The notes under the pieces: generated by a model
Databases searched by the model: none
What the model was told of the DNA's origin: nothing
The model's input: the letters and a program-made list of their open reading frames with translations, nothing else
Part shown: positions 9,918 to 19,300 of the stretch, in pieces
Layout: every line of letters begins with the position of its first letter
How positions within the stretch are numbered: the stretch's first letter is position 1
Assembly: GCA_028718605.1 (NCBI GenBank)
Contig: JAQULM010000001.1
Coordinates: 337,073 to 401,072 of the forward strand
Length of the DNA stretch: 64,000 bases
Direction: 5' to 3'
Source of the DNA: Patescibacteria group bacterium
Lineage (GTDB): Bacteria; Patescibacteriota; Patescibacteriia; UBA10025; JAHIVO01
Translations under genes and position numbers: made by a program

Positions 9918-11489
9918 TTAATAGCAGTCGGGAAAAAGTGGCGCTGTCGTAACTTGGTAAAAATCAATCACAACAAGATCACTTGTACCCTCCATCCAGC
10001 CAGTTCCTGAATAGGGAAATGGGTTCTGGATCTGGCCGTACGGATGGTTGGTTACTCGGATTGTTCTGCTCGGATCATCGGCCGACAGTGCTGGATCTCC
10101 AAGCGAAAATGTGTCAGGGATCGTACACGATACCCATTCCACTTCTGTCGAGCTATCCATCTCGCCGACAGCAAGATCATCAATAACGACGGCTACGCCA
10201 TTCACTTCAACTTCAATATCTCTCCCCTTGCAGAGCGTCTCCACAATCGGATCTGGCAGTGGACCGCCGCCGTCACCACACTGATATCCAATCCGCAATG
10301 AGACATAATAGCCGTTTCCTTCCGGTACCGTGTCCGGAATCGGAGCGATAAATCCATAATTTTGCCAGTTGCTTGTTGACACCTCCCCCCAATAACTCTG
10401 CGGCCGTATTTCGCACGTGCCATCGTAGAACTGGCCAGGCGCACCATCCTCCGCCCAACACGCAATGTTAACCGTCCCGTCCGGGCACCACCCTTGCCAT
10501 CCATTCGCCATGCACGTTGCGCATGACGTCGTCTCGAGCGGGCATTGTGGGCCTGCCGCCGTCAACCCCACACTCATTTCCAACGCTCCCGAAGAATACG
10601 TCTGCCTGTTCAAGACAATATCTTTCACGATCTCCCCTTCACTATACAGGACGTAGTCATACAATCCGGCAAGCGGCACCTTCCAGGGCACTGTCGCGGT
10701 GATCGACTGCTTGAAACTCGAAACCTGGCCGACTGAATTGACCGCGATTTCAGACGGAAGGTCTGTTACGCGGTTGCCCTGGCCGTTCTCCGCGTCAAAA
10801 GGGATAACGCTTAAATCAGACAGGTCGCCGGTTTCCGATGACGAAGGCACAGCCTTAAATGCCTTGACGCGCATGCGGTACCCCACGGGCGAGATCGTCG
10901 AAAATACATCGAGCCGGGGAATAATCCACCCACGGCCGGTAATCGGATTGGGCTCGAGGTCGCTCGGCCCGATCGCAATCCGCGTGTTTTCTGAAGGGCC
11001 AATCTGGCCATTCTCATCCCACGCAATCCAGGAAACTTCAGCCCAACTCGCAGGATTATCACCCTCATTCAGTATCTCCACGGACCGAACCGTACTGTCA
11101 GCGAGCGGGTCAATGGCATTATAATAATCAGCCTGCACATACTGGTTCTCTTGAACCGTCTCGTGTTCAATAAACGAGGACGCCATATCGGTCCCGGAAT
11201 TATCATAGGTTGCGCTGCTGTCAAGCGTATCATTCTGCGATCGGATACGGTCGCGTGCCGTTCCGACAGTTTCCGTACCGCTTTCTCGGGTAACGCGTAC
11301 CGTGTACAGGCCACGCTCAACGCCTGATTCAGCGCCATAGAATGCGACGGTCGCATCCGTTGCCATGGTCGTAAGCCTCAATTCATTTACTACAATGATG
11401 GAAATAGTAATCGCGATTGCAGTGATAAATGAAATCACAAGTAGCGCATAGAGCAACACCTGTCCATCTTGTTTATTCAGTACCTTCAT
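9918..11489 (-). CDS. PilX-like type IV pilus minor component (PilX_N-type hydrophobic N-terminus) with large Cys-containing extracellular domain
   Basis: 523 aa with an ATG start. N-terminus 'KQDGQVLLYALLVISFITAIAITISII' resembles the PilX N-terminal domain. It is the last gene of a fimU-pilV-pilW-pilX-ordered block. Confidence 0.5.
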   Translation of the reverse strand: MKVLNKQDGQVLLYALLVISFITAIAITISIIVVNELRLTTMATDATVAFYGAESGVERGLYTVRVTRESGTETVGTARDRIRSQNDTLDSSATYDNSGTDMASSFIEHETVQENQYVQADYYNAIDPLADSTVRSVEILNEGDNPASWAEVSWIAWDENGQIGPSENTRIAIGPSDLEPNPITGRGWIIPRLDVFSTISPVGYRMRVKAFKAVPSSSETGDLSDLSVIPFDAENGQGNRVTDLPSEIAVNSVGQVSSFKQSITATVPWKVPLAGLYDYVLYSEGEIVKDIVLNRQTYSSGALEMSVGLTAAGPQCPLETTSCATCMANGWQGWCPDGTVNIACWAEDGAPGQFYDGTCEIRPQSYWGEVSTSNWQNYGFIAPIPDTVPEGNGYYVSLRIGYQCGDGGGPLPDPIVETLCKGRDIEVEVNGVAVVIDDLAVGEMDSSTEVEWVSCTIPDTFSLGDPALSADDPSRTIRVTNHPYGQIQNPFPYSGTGWMEGTSDLVVIDFYQVTTAPLFPDCY

Positions 11490-11496
11490 ATGGCAC

Positions 11497-12240
11497 CTAA
11501 TAATTGGTGTTCAAAACTTGCCCCTGCAGAATCCGCGACGAAACTGTTGTCTGCATAGATATTGTCCTGCCAGCTACGGGAATTTTTTCATCCGTACTGA
11601 CCGCTGAAAATACGATACGGACTTTTGGCTGGAAATTGTCTCCGTCGGTGTAATATTCACACCGCGTATCTCCTGCAACATCACACCGGTAAGAATCATA
11701 ACCGCTTGCGCAATCACTGTCGTCATCGCAACTTCGCTCGGCAACCGTGCTGAAAGGGTCTGCGCTTGGGGTGATAGAAAAACGCAGCGCCTGGACTTGG
11801 ACGTTGGCGGGAGTTATATTGGCCCACCCCGTACCGCCAATGAGCGCACAATCCCCCAGGTTCACTTCTTCGCAATATTGGACCCCGCTGCCATCGCAAG
11901 CATCGCCAGTCCGGCGGAAAAATACCGACCTGCCTACCTGGTCAGTCAGCGCAAGAATGCAATTATCCGTAGCGGCGGCAGGGTGAAGATCGATCGCCGC
12001 CGGAGTCCCGCTATAAAACGAGTAATCTATTTTACCGAGGCGCACTTCCTGGGCCATGGCTTCAAACAAATACCGCGTATCGCTTTGCAGTTTCTGCTGC
12101 GCGACAGTCCTGCGTTGGGACGCATTGATAATGACGTACACATTGATGACAAGCAAGCCTACCATCACAAAAATTGACAGCGATATGATCATCTCAATAA
12201 GCGTAAACCCAGCGCTGCCTTTCGGCTTCAGGAATCGCAT
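11497..12240 (-). CDS. prepilin-type minor pilin (PilW-like)
   Basis: The ATG at 12240 gives leader MRFLKPKGSAG followed by 'FTLIEMIISLSIFV', a class III prepilin cleavage/methylation motif with Glu+5. The track N-terminus is 11 codons longer. Confidence 0.7.
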   Translation of the reverse strand: MRFLKPKGSAGFTLIEMIISLSIFVMVGLLVINVYVIINASQRRTVAQQKLQSDTRYLFEAMAQEVRLGKIDYSFYSGTPAAIDLHPAAATDNCILALTDQVGRSVFFRRTGDACDGSGVQYCEEVNLGDCALIGGTGWANITPANVQVQALRFSITPSADPFSTVAERSCDDDSDCASGYDSYRCDVAGDTRCEYYTDGDNFQPKVRIVFSAVSTDEKIPVAGRTISMQTTVSSRILQGQVLNTNY

Positions 12241-12280
12241 CAAATTATAGTGGGTGGTATAGTTCGTATTCATCGTACTA

Positions 12281-12904
12281 TTAAATCACCTGCCAATTAT
12301 ACAGCCGGTCTTCGAGCACTTCTTTCGTATGGGAATCACTCTTCGGCCAACGGATCTCTACGAGCACGCGGACGCCGATCTCGGTAGCGTACCCGCTATA
12401 TTCACCGTTACCGCACGTGTCAGTAGTACCGGGATCTGCGATCATTTCCCCATCCGCCCCATCGCCACAAATCGGATTCAAATATACTACACGATAAAAT
12501 TCCGTTGGACTGCCTCCCGGCGCCAGAGCCCCCTGAACATACATGGTGTTATCAAACCAAACTCTGGCGGCAGGATCGGAAAATCCAGTTGACACCACGA
12601 GCTCGGTTGGAGCCGTCGCCCAATTCGGAGGGTCAATCCGCGGAACCGTAACAGCTCCGACAGCCAATCCGCTGTCCCATGACGTGCTCGGCTGCGGATT
12701 GAGCCAGTTGCTATCCCGCATATTACGAGCAATTTCGATCGCCTCACGGGCAAGATTCGAAGCAATGAGCCGATTGCGGCTCTCCTTGGATGCGCGGATG
12801 CTCGTTACGATAAGAACGGCTGTCGCAACGAGCGCAATGACAAGTATGGTAATAGCAACCAGCATTTCTAGAATAGTTTGGCCACGATTGTTGATTTTTC
12901 TCAT
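12281..12904 (-). CDS. prepilin-type minor pilin (PilV/GspH-like)
   Basis: 207 aa. 'MRKINNRG|QTILEMLVAITILVIALVA' is a prepilin-like leader with a hydrophobic helix and Glu at +5. Confidence 0.6.
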   Translation of the reverse strand: MRKINNRGQTILEMLVAITILVIALVATAVLIVTSIRASKESRNRLIASNLAREAIEIARNMRDSNWLNPQPSTSWDSGLAVGAVTVPRIDPPNWATAPTELVVSTGFSDPAARVWFDNTMYVQGALAPGGSPTEFYRVVYLNPICGDGADGEMIADPGTTDTCGNGEYSGYATEIGVRVLVEIRWPKSDSHTKEVLEDRLYNWQVI

Positions 12905-12917
12905 ACATGTATTGGGC

Positions 12918-13646
12918 TTAGAGCGAACATTCCCCCATGCTTTCGCTGATCTGGCCGGAAATTCTGTTGATTACCACCTTCCGGCACACACTTGAAACAT
13001 AGTCGCTCTGAACGAGGATCTCAAGAAGATTAATCGGCTGATCGCTCGCGTCACGCGCCTCGGAACCATTGAGGAAAAAACGGACGCGCCCCTCCGGAGG
13101 CTCGAATGTTACATCGAGCGTGACAGCAGCGGACGGTATGTAGGCATCATTCCCTAATGCAAATTGCGCGAGGTGTATGCCTAACGGCGTCAGGTTCTCC
13201 TCAATCACACTGTAGTTCTCGGCGGAACCGTCATACACACCATTGCCATCAGTATCACCAAATACAATATATCCCTCAGTAGAAGCCATACGAACCCCAT
13301 ACCCGCCGACGGGTACCGATTGCCGGCACTCGCCGTTTGCCCCCGAATCGATCTTGCAGTATTCACTGCTGTTGCATGGATCAAACTCGTGTGCTGTCGA
13401 ATTTGCTCGGCAGAAAAAAATGCTGTTTCCGCCGATAGTATACGTCTGCGCAAGGCGGAACCGTTGCTGCAGTTGCGTGCCTGCTTGGCGGAGATCGTTT
13501 GACTGCTCTCCGCGATGAAAGTTGACCATCACGAGAGTCGTCAGCAAGCTGATCATGGCGAGCACGACGAGGAGTTCGGCGAGCGTAAAGCCGCTTTCGT
13601 CGGCATGGCATGGCTTCTTAAAATGAAATAGCCGTTGTGTACGCAT
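12918..13646 (-). CDS. prepilin-type minor pilin (FimU/PilE-like)
   Basis: 'GFTLAELLVVLAMISLLTTLV' is a canonical prepilin motif. The track start at 13706 is TTG. The ATG at 13646 (MRTQRLFHFKKPCHADESG|FTLAEL) is used and overlaps the last 9 codons of pilD. Confidence 0.6.
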   Translation of the reverse strand: MRTQRLFHFKKPCHADESGFTLAELLVVLAMISLLTTLVMVNFHRGEQSNDLRQAGTQLQQRFRLAQTYTIGGNSIFFCRANSTAHEFDPCNSSEYCKIDSGANGECRQSVPVGGYGVRMASTEGYIVFGDTDGNGVYDGSAENYSVIEENLTPLGIHLAQFALGNDAYIPSAAVTLDVTFEPPEGRVRFFLNGSEARDASDQPINLLEILVQSDYVSSVCRKVVINRISGQISESMGECSL

Positions 13647-14370
13647 CGAGTATTCTGTCTCCAAATATAAAGACGAGGATCGTTGCTGCCGCCAAGAACG
13701 TACCAAATGGCACCTTGCTCTTCCAACCCTTCCTGTGGGATGCGATCAGGCCGACGCCGACGAGTGAACCGAGCACGTATGCCATAAAAAGGGCTATGAG
13801 GAGTTTCTGGTACCCGAGCATCGCCCCCATAACCGCGCCGAGGCGTATGTCGCCGCCGCCGATCCATTTTCCCCGGGAAACCGCATACTGGAGGGAAAAA
13901 AATCCGCCGCCGATCGCTACCCCAATCACCAAGCTGAGAATGCTGATATCAAGGACAAACAGGGACCCGACGATCGCGATGCAAAACGCAGGTATGCTCA
14001 CGCGGTCTAAAATCAAGTAGTACCTCAAATCGTAAACAAAAATTATTATCAGAAGAGAAGCGTAAGCCAGTAATACATAAAATTCTGCCGACAGATCGAA
14101 ACGCCAGTATAATGCGAGGAATGTTAGCGCTGTGCCGATTTCAACGAGCGGATACTGCCAGGATATCCCCTTCCTGCAGTACCTGCATTTCCCCCAAAGC
14201 ATAAAAAAACTGATGACCGGTACGAGATCCCGCCACCCAAGGTCGTGTTTGCAGAGCGGGCAATACGAACGGCCCTTCATAAAGCTTACGCCGGCGTGCA
14301 GACGGTAAATCACGGCATTTAAAAAACTGCCCACCACTAACCCCAAAATGAGTACAAGCGCAACGACCAT
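13618..14370 (-). CDS. pilD: prepilin peptidase (A24 family)
   Basis: 250-aa polytopic membrane protein with the N-terminal 'CPLCKHDLGWRDL...CRYC' tetracysteine zinc motif and the 'GGGD' catalytic region of PilD/A24 peptidases. Confidence 0.85.
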   Translation of the reverse strand: MVVALVLILGLVVGSFLNAVIYRLHAGVSFMKGRSYCPLCKHDLGWRDLVPVISFFMLWGKCRYCRKGISWQYPLVEIGTALTFLALYWRFDLSAEFYVLLAYASLLIIIFVYDLRYYLILDRVSIPAFCIAIVGSLFVLDISILSLVIGVAIGGGFFSLQYAVSRGKWIGGGDIRLGAVMGAMLGYQKLLIALFMAYVLGSLVGVGLIASHRKGWKSKVPFGTFLAAATILVFIFGDRILDAYTTAISF

Positions 14371-14448
14371 AGTACCTCTCAGTATACCAAAAATAGCTCG
14401 AAAAAGGAATGTTCATTCGACATATCGAGCGCCACCATCGTACTTTTT

Positions 14449-14871
14449 TTATCGAATTCCGCTCGGGGAAAGCACGTGCTTGCCTGCGCTGAGGTCCTGG
14501 TACTCCTTTTCAAGCTGAAACGTAACTCCGTATTTGTCAGCCGCGGGAACCTCGCTTACCGTATAGCGGTACTTCCCCGGATCTTTGATTTCAGCAATCG
14601 ACGAAATATACGTTCCCAGATTGCACTGAGACACAACCATTCCCTTTGTGTTGCACCCGCTTTCAGCCGCTCCTTCATAGCTCGCAGTATCACTAAACAG
14701 AAGCTCGAAAGCGGCCTGCACCCGTGCCATATCAGAAAGCCGCATGGCATCACGTGCTTTCGCGCGCTCATTGTTAATGAGGAAAAAAGCGCCCCCGATA
14801 ACGATGCAAAAAACACCGGCTATTATAATTATCGCGGGCAATGAGATCCCTTTCTGTGATGGAACGTGCAT
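14449..14871 (-). CDS. pilin-fold-like membrane-anchored protein (no canonical G-1/E+5 prepilin motif)
   Basis: 140 aa. An N-terminal hydrophobic anchor is followed by 'RAKARDAMRLSDMARVQAAFELLFSD', which mirrors the pilin alpha1-helix continuation (compare 'ARDARRVSDLSQLRLGLALYF' in the adjacent pilin). Confidence 0.45.
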   Translation of the reverse strand: MHVPSQKGISLPAIIIIAGVFCIVIGGAFFLINNERAKARDAMRLSDMARVQAAFELLFSDTASYEGAAESGCNTKGMVVSQCNLGTYISSIAEIKDPGKYRYTVSEVPAADKYGVTFQLEKEYQDLSAGKHVLSPSGIR

Positions 14872-14920
14872 AAGGTATTAAGGTATATGGTATTAAATAT
14901 GGTTCACTCTTAAGGAACGC

Positions 14921-15409
14921 TTAACCCCCTGGTAATGTATCGCATGACGCCGATTCACCGAAAACACCAGTGGAATAAAAAAACCGGGATGTATAATTCA
15001 CGCTTTCCTTATAAAAACACAAGATATAGTTCCGGTGTTCAAGCGTCTCGTTTGTATCATAGAAATAATGATAGTTGGCGTTATTGATCGGGTCGATGAT
15101 ACGACGTCCAAGATGCACAGGAACGAGCGGGTTACCAATCTCTGAAAAAACCGATCCATCGACTCCCGCATTACTCAGGTCCGGCCCGTTACCGCCGTTT
15201 GCGACGGGTGTAGGATACGCCTTGTGATCTTCGAAGTAGAGTGCGAGCCCGAGCCGAAGTTGGGAAAGATCTGAAACGCGCCGCGCATCACGCGCGGACT
15301 CATTCGCATCGCGGAGGCTGGTAAGCCCCATAACGGCAAGGATGCCGATAATCGCGATAACAACGAGCAATTCGATGAGCGTGAAACCGCGGTGAGATTT
15401 GGATACCAT
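14921..15409 (-). CDS. type IV pilin (PilA-like)
   Basis: 162 aa. 'MVSKSHRG|FTLIELLVVIAIIGILA' is the canonical class III signal with F+1 and E+5, followed by 'ARDARRVSDLSQLRLGLALYF'. It has its own promoter upstream. Confidence 0.8.
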   Translation of the reverse strand: MVSKSHRGFTLIELLVVIAIIGILAVMGLTSLRDANESARDARRVSDLSQLRLGLALYFEDHKAYPTPVANGGNGPDLSNAGVDGSVFSEIGNPLVPVHLGRRIIDPINNANYHYFYDTNETLEHRNYILCFYKESVNYTSRFFYSTGVFGESASCDTLPGG

Positions 15410-15436
15410 ATAAACAATTATATCGACTATACGGTT

Positions 15437-15464
15437 ATTATAGCGTAGCCGAAACCAGCGTCAA
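15437..15464 (-). promoter_or_regulatory. sigma70-like promoter for pilin 14921..15409 (-35 TTGACG, 16-nt spacer, -10 TATAAT)
   Basis: Read on the minus strand as TTGACGctggtttcggctacgcTATAAT, about 28 nt upstream of the pilin ATG. Confidence 0.35.
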
Positions 15465-15476
15465 TCAACAGAGTAA

Positions 15477-18434
15477 CTACTCAGTTTGCGCATCCGAATA
15501 TTCTTCCGGCGGCTGATAAGCTTTATCAAACATGGCGGCTTCCCCAAAATGCTTCGCCGCGCTCTCAGTATCCCCGAGTGAATCATAGATATGCCCGAGC
15601 CTGCCATGAAGCAACCCAATCTCATACAGTATCTCCTCTCTATCCTGCACGACCCAAATCTGCGAATCGCGAAGCGATGGATCATACCGTGAAACTGCAT
15701 CCTCGAGCAGTACGCGCGCCTCCTCGATTCGGTCGCTGTACGCGTAGGCAGAAGAAAGTAAAAAGTACAGCACTGGCTTGCCGATAGGGTTCAGCTCAAT
15801 CCCCCGCTTCAAATACCGTTCAGCCGCCGCGTAGTCTTTGGCGAGAAGATAGTAACGGCCAAGGCGTTCGTACGGTCTCCAGTCATGGCTGCTGAGGCTG
15901 ATCGTCCGCTCAAATTCTGAAACGAACAGTTGCCGGTACAACGATACGTTCTGGGCATCCGTCGCGAGGTAGTACGCCTGCGCAAGGCCGTAGTGTAAGT
16001 CGTAATTCAATGGGTCCAGGCGCTGCGCAGTCTTCAGCGATGAGAGTGCGGCATCGTACTCGAGATCTTCCATCTGGCGGATGCCGGCGGTCTGCAATGT
16101 TGATGAGGCGAACAGCAATAAACCGCCGAGCATGCCAAGGGCAGCCATGGCGGGAAGGGCCGTGCGGACCGCGCCGCTATAAACTGCGCCGACCGCTCCG
16201 CGTGAAATTGCTGGCTGTTCTCGCCCACGCTGGATTAGAAATAGTTTATACACGCATCCGAGGGTTATAAAAAAAATGATTAGGTTGGTCGGGAACTGCC
16301 AATCAAGTTCCACGAAACCGTGCGTCAGCGCGCCGAGGAGCCCCATGCTCAATCCAAGCATGAGCGCCTGGTCAGTTTTTCGCGTTAGCTGATGGATCTG
16401 CCGCAAACTGGCACCAATGACAAAAAGAATTGATCCGACAAACCAAACAAATACAATACCGCCAACGATCCCCAATTCTGTAAAAAATTTCAGGTATATA
16501 TTATGCGGATCAATGGAATAATAACGGATATCTGTGAGGTACTGGCGGTACAAAATTTTATACGTCTCGAGCCCCGTGCCAATGATCGGGTGGTCGCGGA
16601 ACGAATCAAGCGCACCCTGCCAGAAATGAAGTCGTGCCGTAACCGCATTTTCTTCCGGAGTTTCGGATGAAAAACCGACATCAGCGGCAACAGTAGACGG
16701 CGCAGTACCGGTCTGCCCGGCCTGGGCTTGTGCCTCCTTGACCTGTACCAACGCCCAGCGGCCCGCAACCACGATCAGCGCAATCATCCCAATAGTCAGG
16801 ATAGTGCGAAGTATCTTGCGCTTGCGCTGTATTGAAAAAAATAGTACCACCCCAAGCGGCACGATGCTCGATAACCATGCCCCGCGTGAATATGTCAGCA
16901 CAAAAGTAAGCGTGAAGAGCGCCATCAGTGCGCCATAAGCTATCCGGCGCTTGGTTGTTTCCGCAAAAAGAAGGAATGAAAACGCAAGCGGCAAAGCGTA
17001 CAGGAGAAATCCCGCAAACGGATTATGCTGATAAAACGTCGAAATCGCGCGCAGGTACCCGAAAAACTGCGTTTGGAGAAAAAAGTAAATTCCGATAATT
17101 GAAAGTATGACAGCGAGCAGTACGATAAGCGCGCCGATTTTCTGCGCTTCGGCGTGGGACGTAATAAGGTACACGGTGCCGAAAAACAGCGCAAGGTACG
17201 GCACCCAATGCATGAATGCGGCATAGCTGTCGTACGGCGATACCGAATAGAGTATTGAAGCAAGCATTACTAAGAGAAGAAGCGCAAGCGGAAGTATAAT
17301 ATTGAATCGGAATGGAATCTTCCCCTGCAGGGGTTGCTTCCCTGACCGGATGACGAAAAACAGAAACGCGAACGCCATGACGAATATAAACGTCTGGGCG
17401 AAGAGGTCGCGGCCACCGGTAAAAAAGCTCGGCACGATCGCGACAAGCGCGAGCATGATGACGGACATGAGCTCACGTGCGTTCTTGATTTCGAGGAAAT
17501 AGTACAGGACCCCGAACCCCAAGGCGAATGCCCGGCCGATGATGAAAAATGGTGCGAGGGCACCCTCGATGAACCCGACTCGAAACCCGCGGACTGTCAG
17601 CGGCATAACCAGGGCGATGAGTATTGCTACTTCAGCAATCAGGGCATACCGGACTTCCGGAATCAACGGCAAGACTACGGCAGTGAGGCATGTACCGAAA
17701 AATCCAATAATCTGTGCTTTCAGTGTCTGCGGGGTATAGGAATCACGTAATAGTTTCCTCGGATAGTTTTTATACACGTCCATCCGCCAGTACGAACGCC
17801 AGAACTTTATCCGAAGGTAATCCATGAACTTTGTAGGATGATCGTGGTATACGATAGCACTCCGGGTAAAAACGATTCGGTGTTGTTTTTCAGATAACTT
17901 ATATGCGAGTTGCACATCCTCACTCATCCGCAATTTTTCGTCAAATCCCTCAAGCGAACGGAAAACTTCCGCGCGAATCGCGCCCGCCGAGAAATCCATG
18001 AAATCCAGGCCTTTTGAGCGGGCCATTTTGTCATACCGCTCCTCAAACTCCACCTGCACGAGCCGCGCAACGATACCGGGCTGTTTTGTCCGATACACGC
18101 CCTTGACTGCTTGTACCGACGCATCGGCGAACGGCTTCGCCATTTCCTCGGCCCACTGCCTGTCGGCCTCACAATCAGCATCGATAAAAAGAAGGATATC
18201 ACCACTTGCTTGGCGTGCCCCACAATTCCGTGCAGCTGCAGGTCCCCGGTTCGGCTCGCGGCAGTACCGGACACCAGAAAACTTTCGGACTACCCGCGCC
18301 GTAGCATCAGAAGAGCCATCGTCGATGACGATAATCTCGTATCTGTCTCGGGGGAGCGTCTGATGGAAGAGCGACTTCAGGCACCGTTCAATAGTCCTTT
18401 CGCCGTTAAATACTGGGACAATTATGGAAATCAT
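15477..18434 (-). CDS. fusion protein: GT2 glycosyltransferase + polytopic Wzy_C (O-antigen ligase/polymerase-like) domain + C-terminal TPR repeats; candidate O-oligosaccharyltransferase
   Basis: 985 aa. The N-terminus 'ISIIVPVFNGERTIERCL...YEIIVIDDGSSD' is a GT2 domain. About 12 TM helices follow, containing 'TYSRGAWLSS' and 'RLHFWQGALDSFRDHPIIGTGLETY', which are the Wzy_C family motifs. The C-terminus carries TPR-like repeats ('YDLHYGLAQAYYLA', 'YERLGRYYLLAKDYAAAERYLKRGIELNP'). Its ATG overlaps the upstream GT stop (TAATG). Confidence 0.75.
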   Translation of the reverse strand: MISIIVPVFNGERTIERCLKSLFHQTLPRDRYEIIVIDDGSSDATARVVRKFSGVRYCREPNRGPAAARNCGARQASGDILLFIDADCEADRQWAEEMAKPFADASVQAVKGVYRTKQPGIVARLVQVEFEERYDKMARSKGLDFMDFSAGAIRAEVFRSLEGFDEKLRMSEDVQLAYKLSEKQHRIVFTRSAIVYHDHPTKFMDYLRIKFWRSYWRMDVYKNYPRKLLRDSYTPQTLKAQIIGFFGTCLTAVVLPLIPEVRYALIAEVAILIALVMPLTVRGFRVGFIEGALAPFFIIGRAFALGFGVLYYFLEIKNARELMSVIMLALVAIVPSFFTGGRDLFAQTFIFVMAFAFLFFVIRSGKQPLQGKIPFRFNIILPLALLLLVMLASILYSVSPYDSYAAFMHWVPYLALFFGTVYLITSHAEAQKIGALIVLLAVILSIIGIYFFLQTQFFGYLRAISTFYQHNPFAGFLLYALPLAFSFLLFAETTKRRIAYGALMALFTLTFVLTYSRGAWLSSIVPLGVVLFFSIQRKRKILRTILTIGMIALIVVAGRWALVQVKEAQAQAGQTGTAPSTVAADVGFSSETPEENAVTARLHFWQGALDSFRDHPIIGTGLETYKILYRQYLTDIRYYSIDPHNIYLKFFTELGIVGGIVFVWFVGSILFVIGASLRQIHQLTRKTDQALMLGLSMGLLGALTHGFVELDWQFPTNLIIFFITLGCVYKLFLIQRGREQPAISRGAVGAVYSGAVRTALPAMAALGMLGGLLLFASSTLQTAGIRQMEDLEYDAALSSLKTAQRLDPLNYDLHYGLAQAYYLATDAQNVSLYRQLFVSEFERTISLSSHDWRPYERLGRYYLLAKDYAAAERYLKRGIELNPIGKPVLYFLLSSAYAYSDRIEEARVLLEDAVSRYDPSLRDSQIWVVQDREEILYEIGLLHGRLGHIYDSLGDTESAAKHFGEAAMFDKAYQPPEEYSDAQTE

Positions 18435-19300
18435 TACGGTATAGTTTTTAGCACAGCACGGTAGTCTATTAATTCCCCGCTCTCTGGCAAGCGCCGTATG
18501 CCGAGTTCAAGCCGCAGTGCCGCACGAACGATGGCGCAGCTTGCTCTGCTGCGGTACTGGTAAAAAAAACGCAGGAGTCCGATCCGCTGGTTAATAAACT
18601 TATTATAGCGTTTTTCGGGCGTTTTACCTAAATCATGATGCATGACTGTTGCGTCCGGGCAATACCCGACCTGCCATCCTGCGCGGCGCATGCGGTAGCA
18701 TAGTTCAACATCCTCCATGTACATGAAATACCGCTCGTCAAACATGCCGGCGCGCTGGAGCGCCGTCCGGCGGATCAGCATGCACGACCCGGCAACCCAA
18801 TCCGGATACTGAATATGCGAATACACCGGCGCGCGCCGCTCAAAATATACAGGGACTACTGCATTGATAACCGGGATACGGTCTCCGATTAGTTTTAATA
18901 CCGTGGGAAAACGGCCGATCGAATGCTGCAACGTACCGTCGGGGTTTTCGAGCCGTGCGCCTGCAACACCCACGGCCGGATGCGAACGCAAAAATTCAAG
19001 GAGCGCATCAACAGCACCCTCTTTAACAACCATGTCCGTATTCAACAGGAGGACAAATTCTCCTTCAGACGACCGGATGCCCTGGTTGCATGCACGCGCA
19101 AAACCAACGTTCTCGCTGTTTCGTATGCATAAAACGCTCGGCAATTTCTCAAGCCCGGCAGCCGTGCCATCTGTCGAGTTATTGTCTACGGCGATAATCT
19201 GGGTGTCAATTTTTTCCGTCGCGCGCATGACAGACTCGAGGAACGGGACGATATACCGCGCAGAGCTGTGTGTTACAAAAATGATTGAAAGAGTACGCAT
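18434..19300 (-). CDS. GT2-family glycosyltransferase
   Basis: 'LSIIFVTHSSARYIVPFLESV...IIAVDNNSTDGT' is a GT2 N-terminus with a DxD-type region. The track start at 19330 is GTG. The ATG at 19300 overlaps the upstream stop (ATGA). Confidence 0.75.
   Translation of the reverse strand: MRTLSIIFVTHSSARYIVPFLESVMRATEKIDTQIIAVDNNSTDGTAAGLEKLPSVLCIRNSENVGFARACNQGIRSSEGEFVLLLNTDMVVKEGAVDALLEFLRSHPAVGVAGARLENPDGTLQHSIGRFPTVLKLIGDRIPVINAVVPVYFERRAPVYSHIQYPDWVAGSCMLIRRTALQRAGMFDERYFMYMEDVELCYRMRRAGWQVGYCPDATVMHHDLGKTPEKRYNKFINQRIGLLRFFYQYRSRASCAIVRAALRLELGIRRLPESGELIDYRAVLKTIP

Noticed and set aside
14872-14920. Short tandem 'taaggtat' repeats after the pilin stop.
   Set aside because: There are only two or three imperfect copies in an AT-rich spacer. 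This fits neither a CRISPR nor a VNTR pattern and is likely the UAA stop plus an SD-like AGGT sequence for the next gene.
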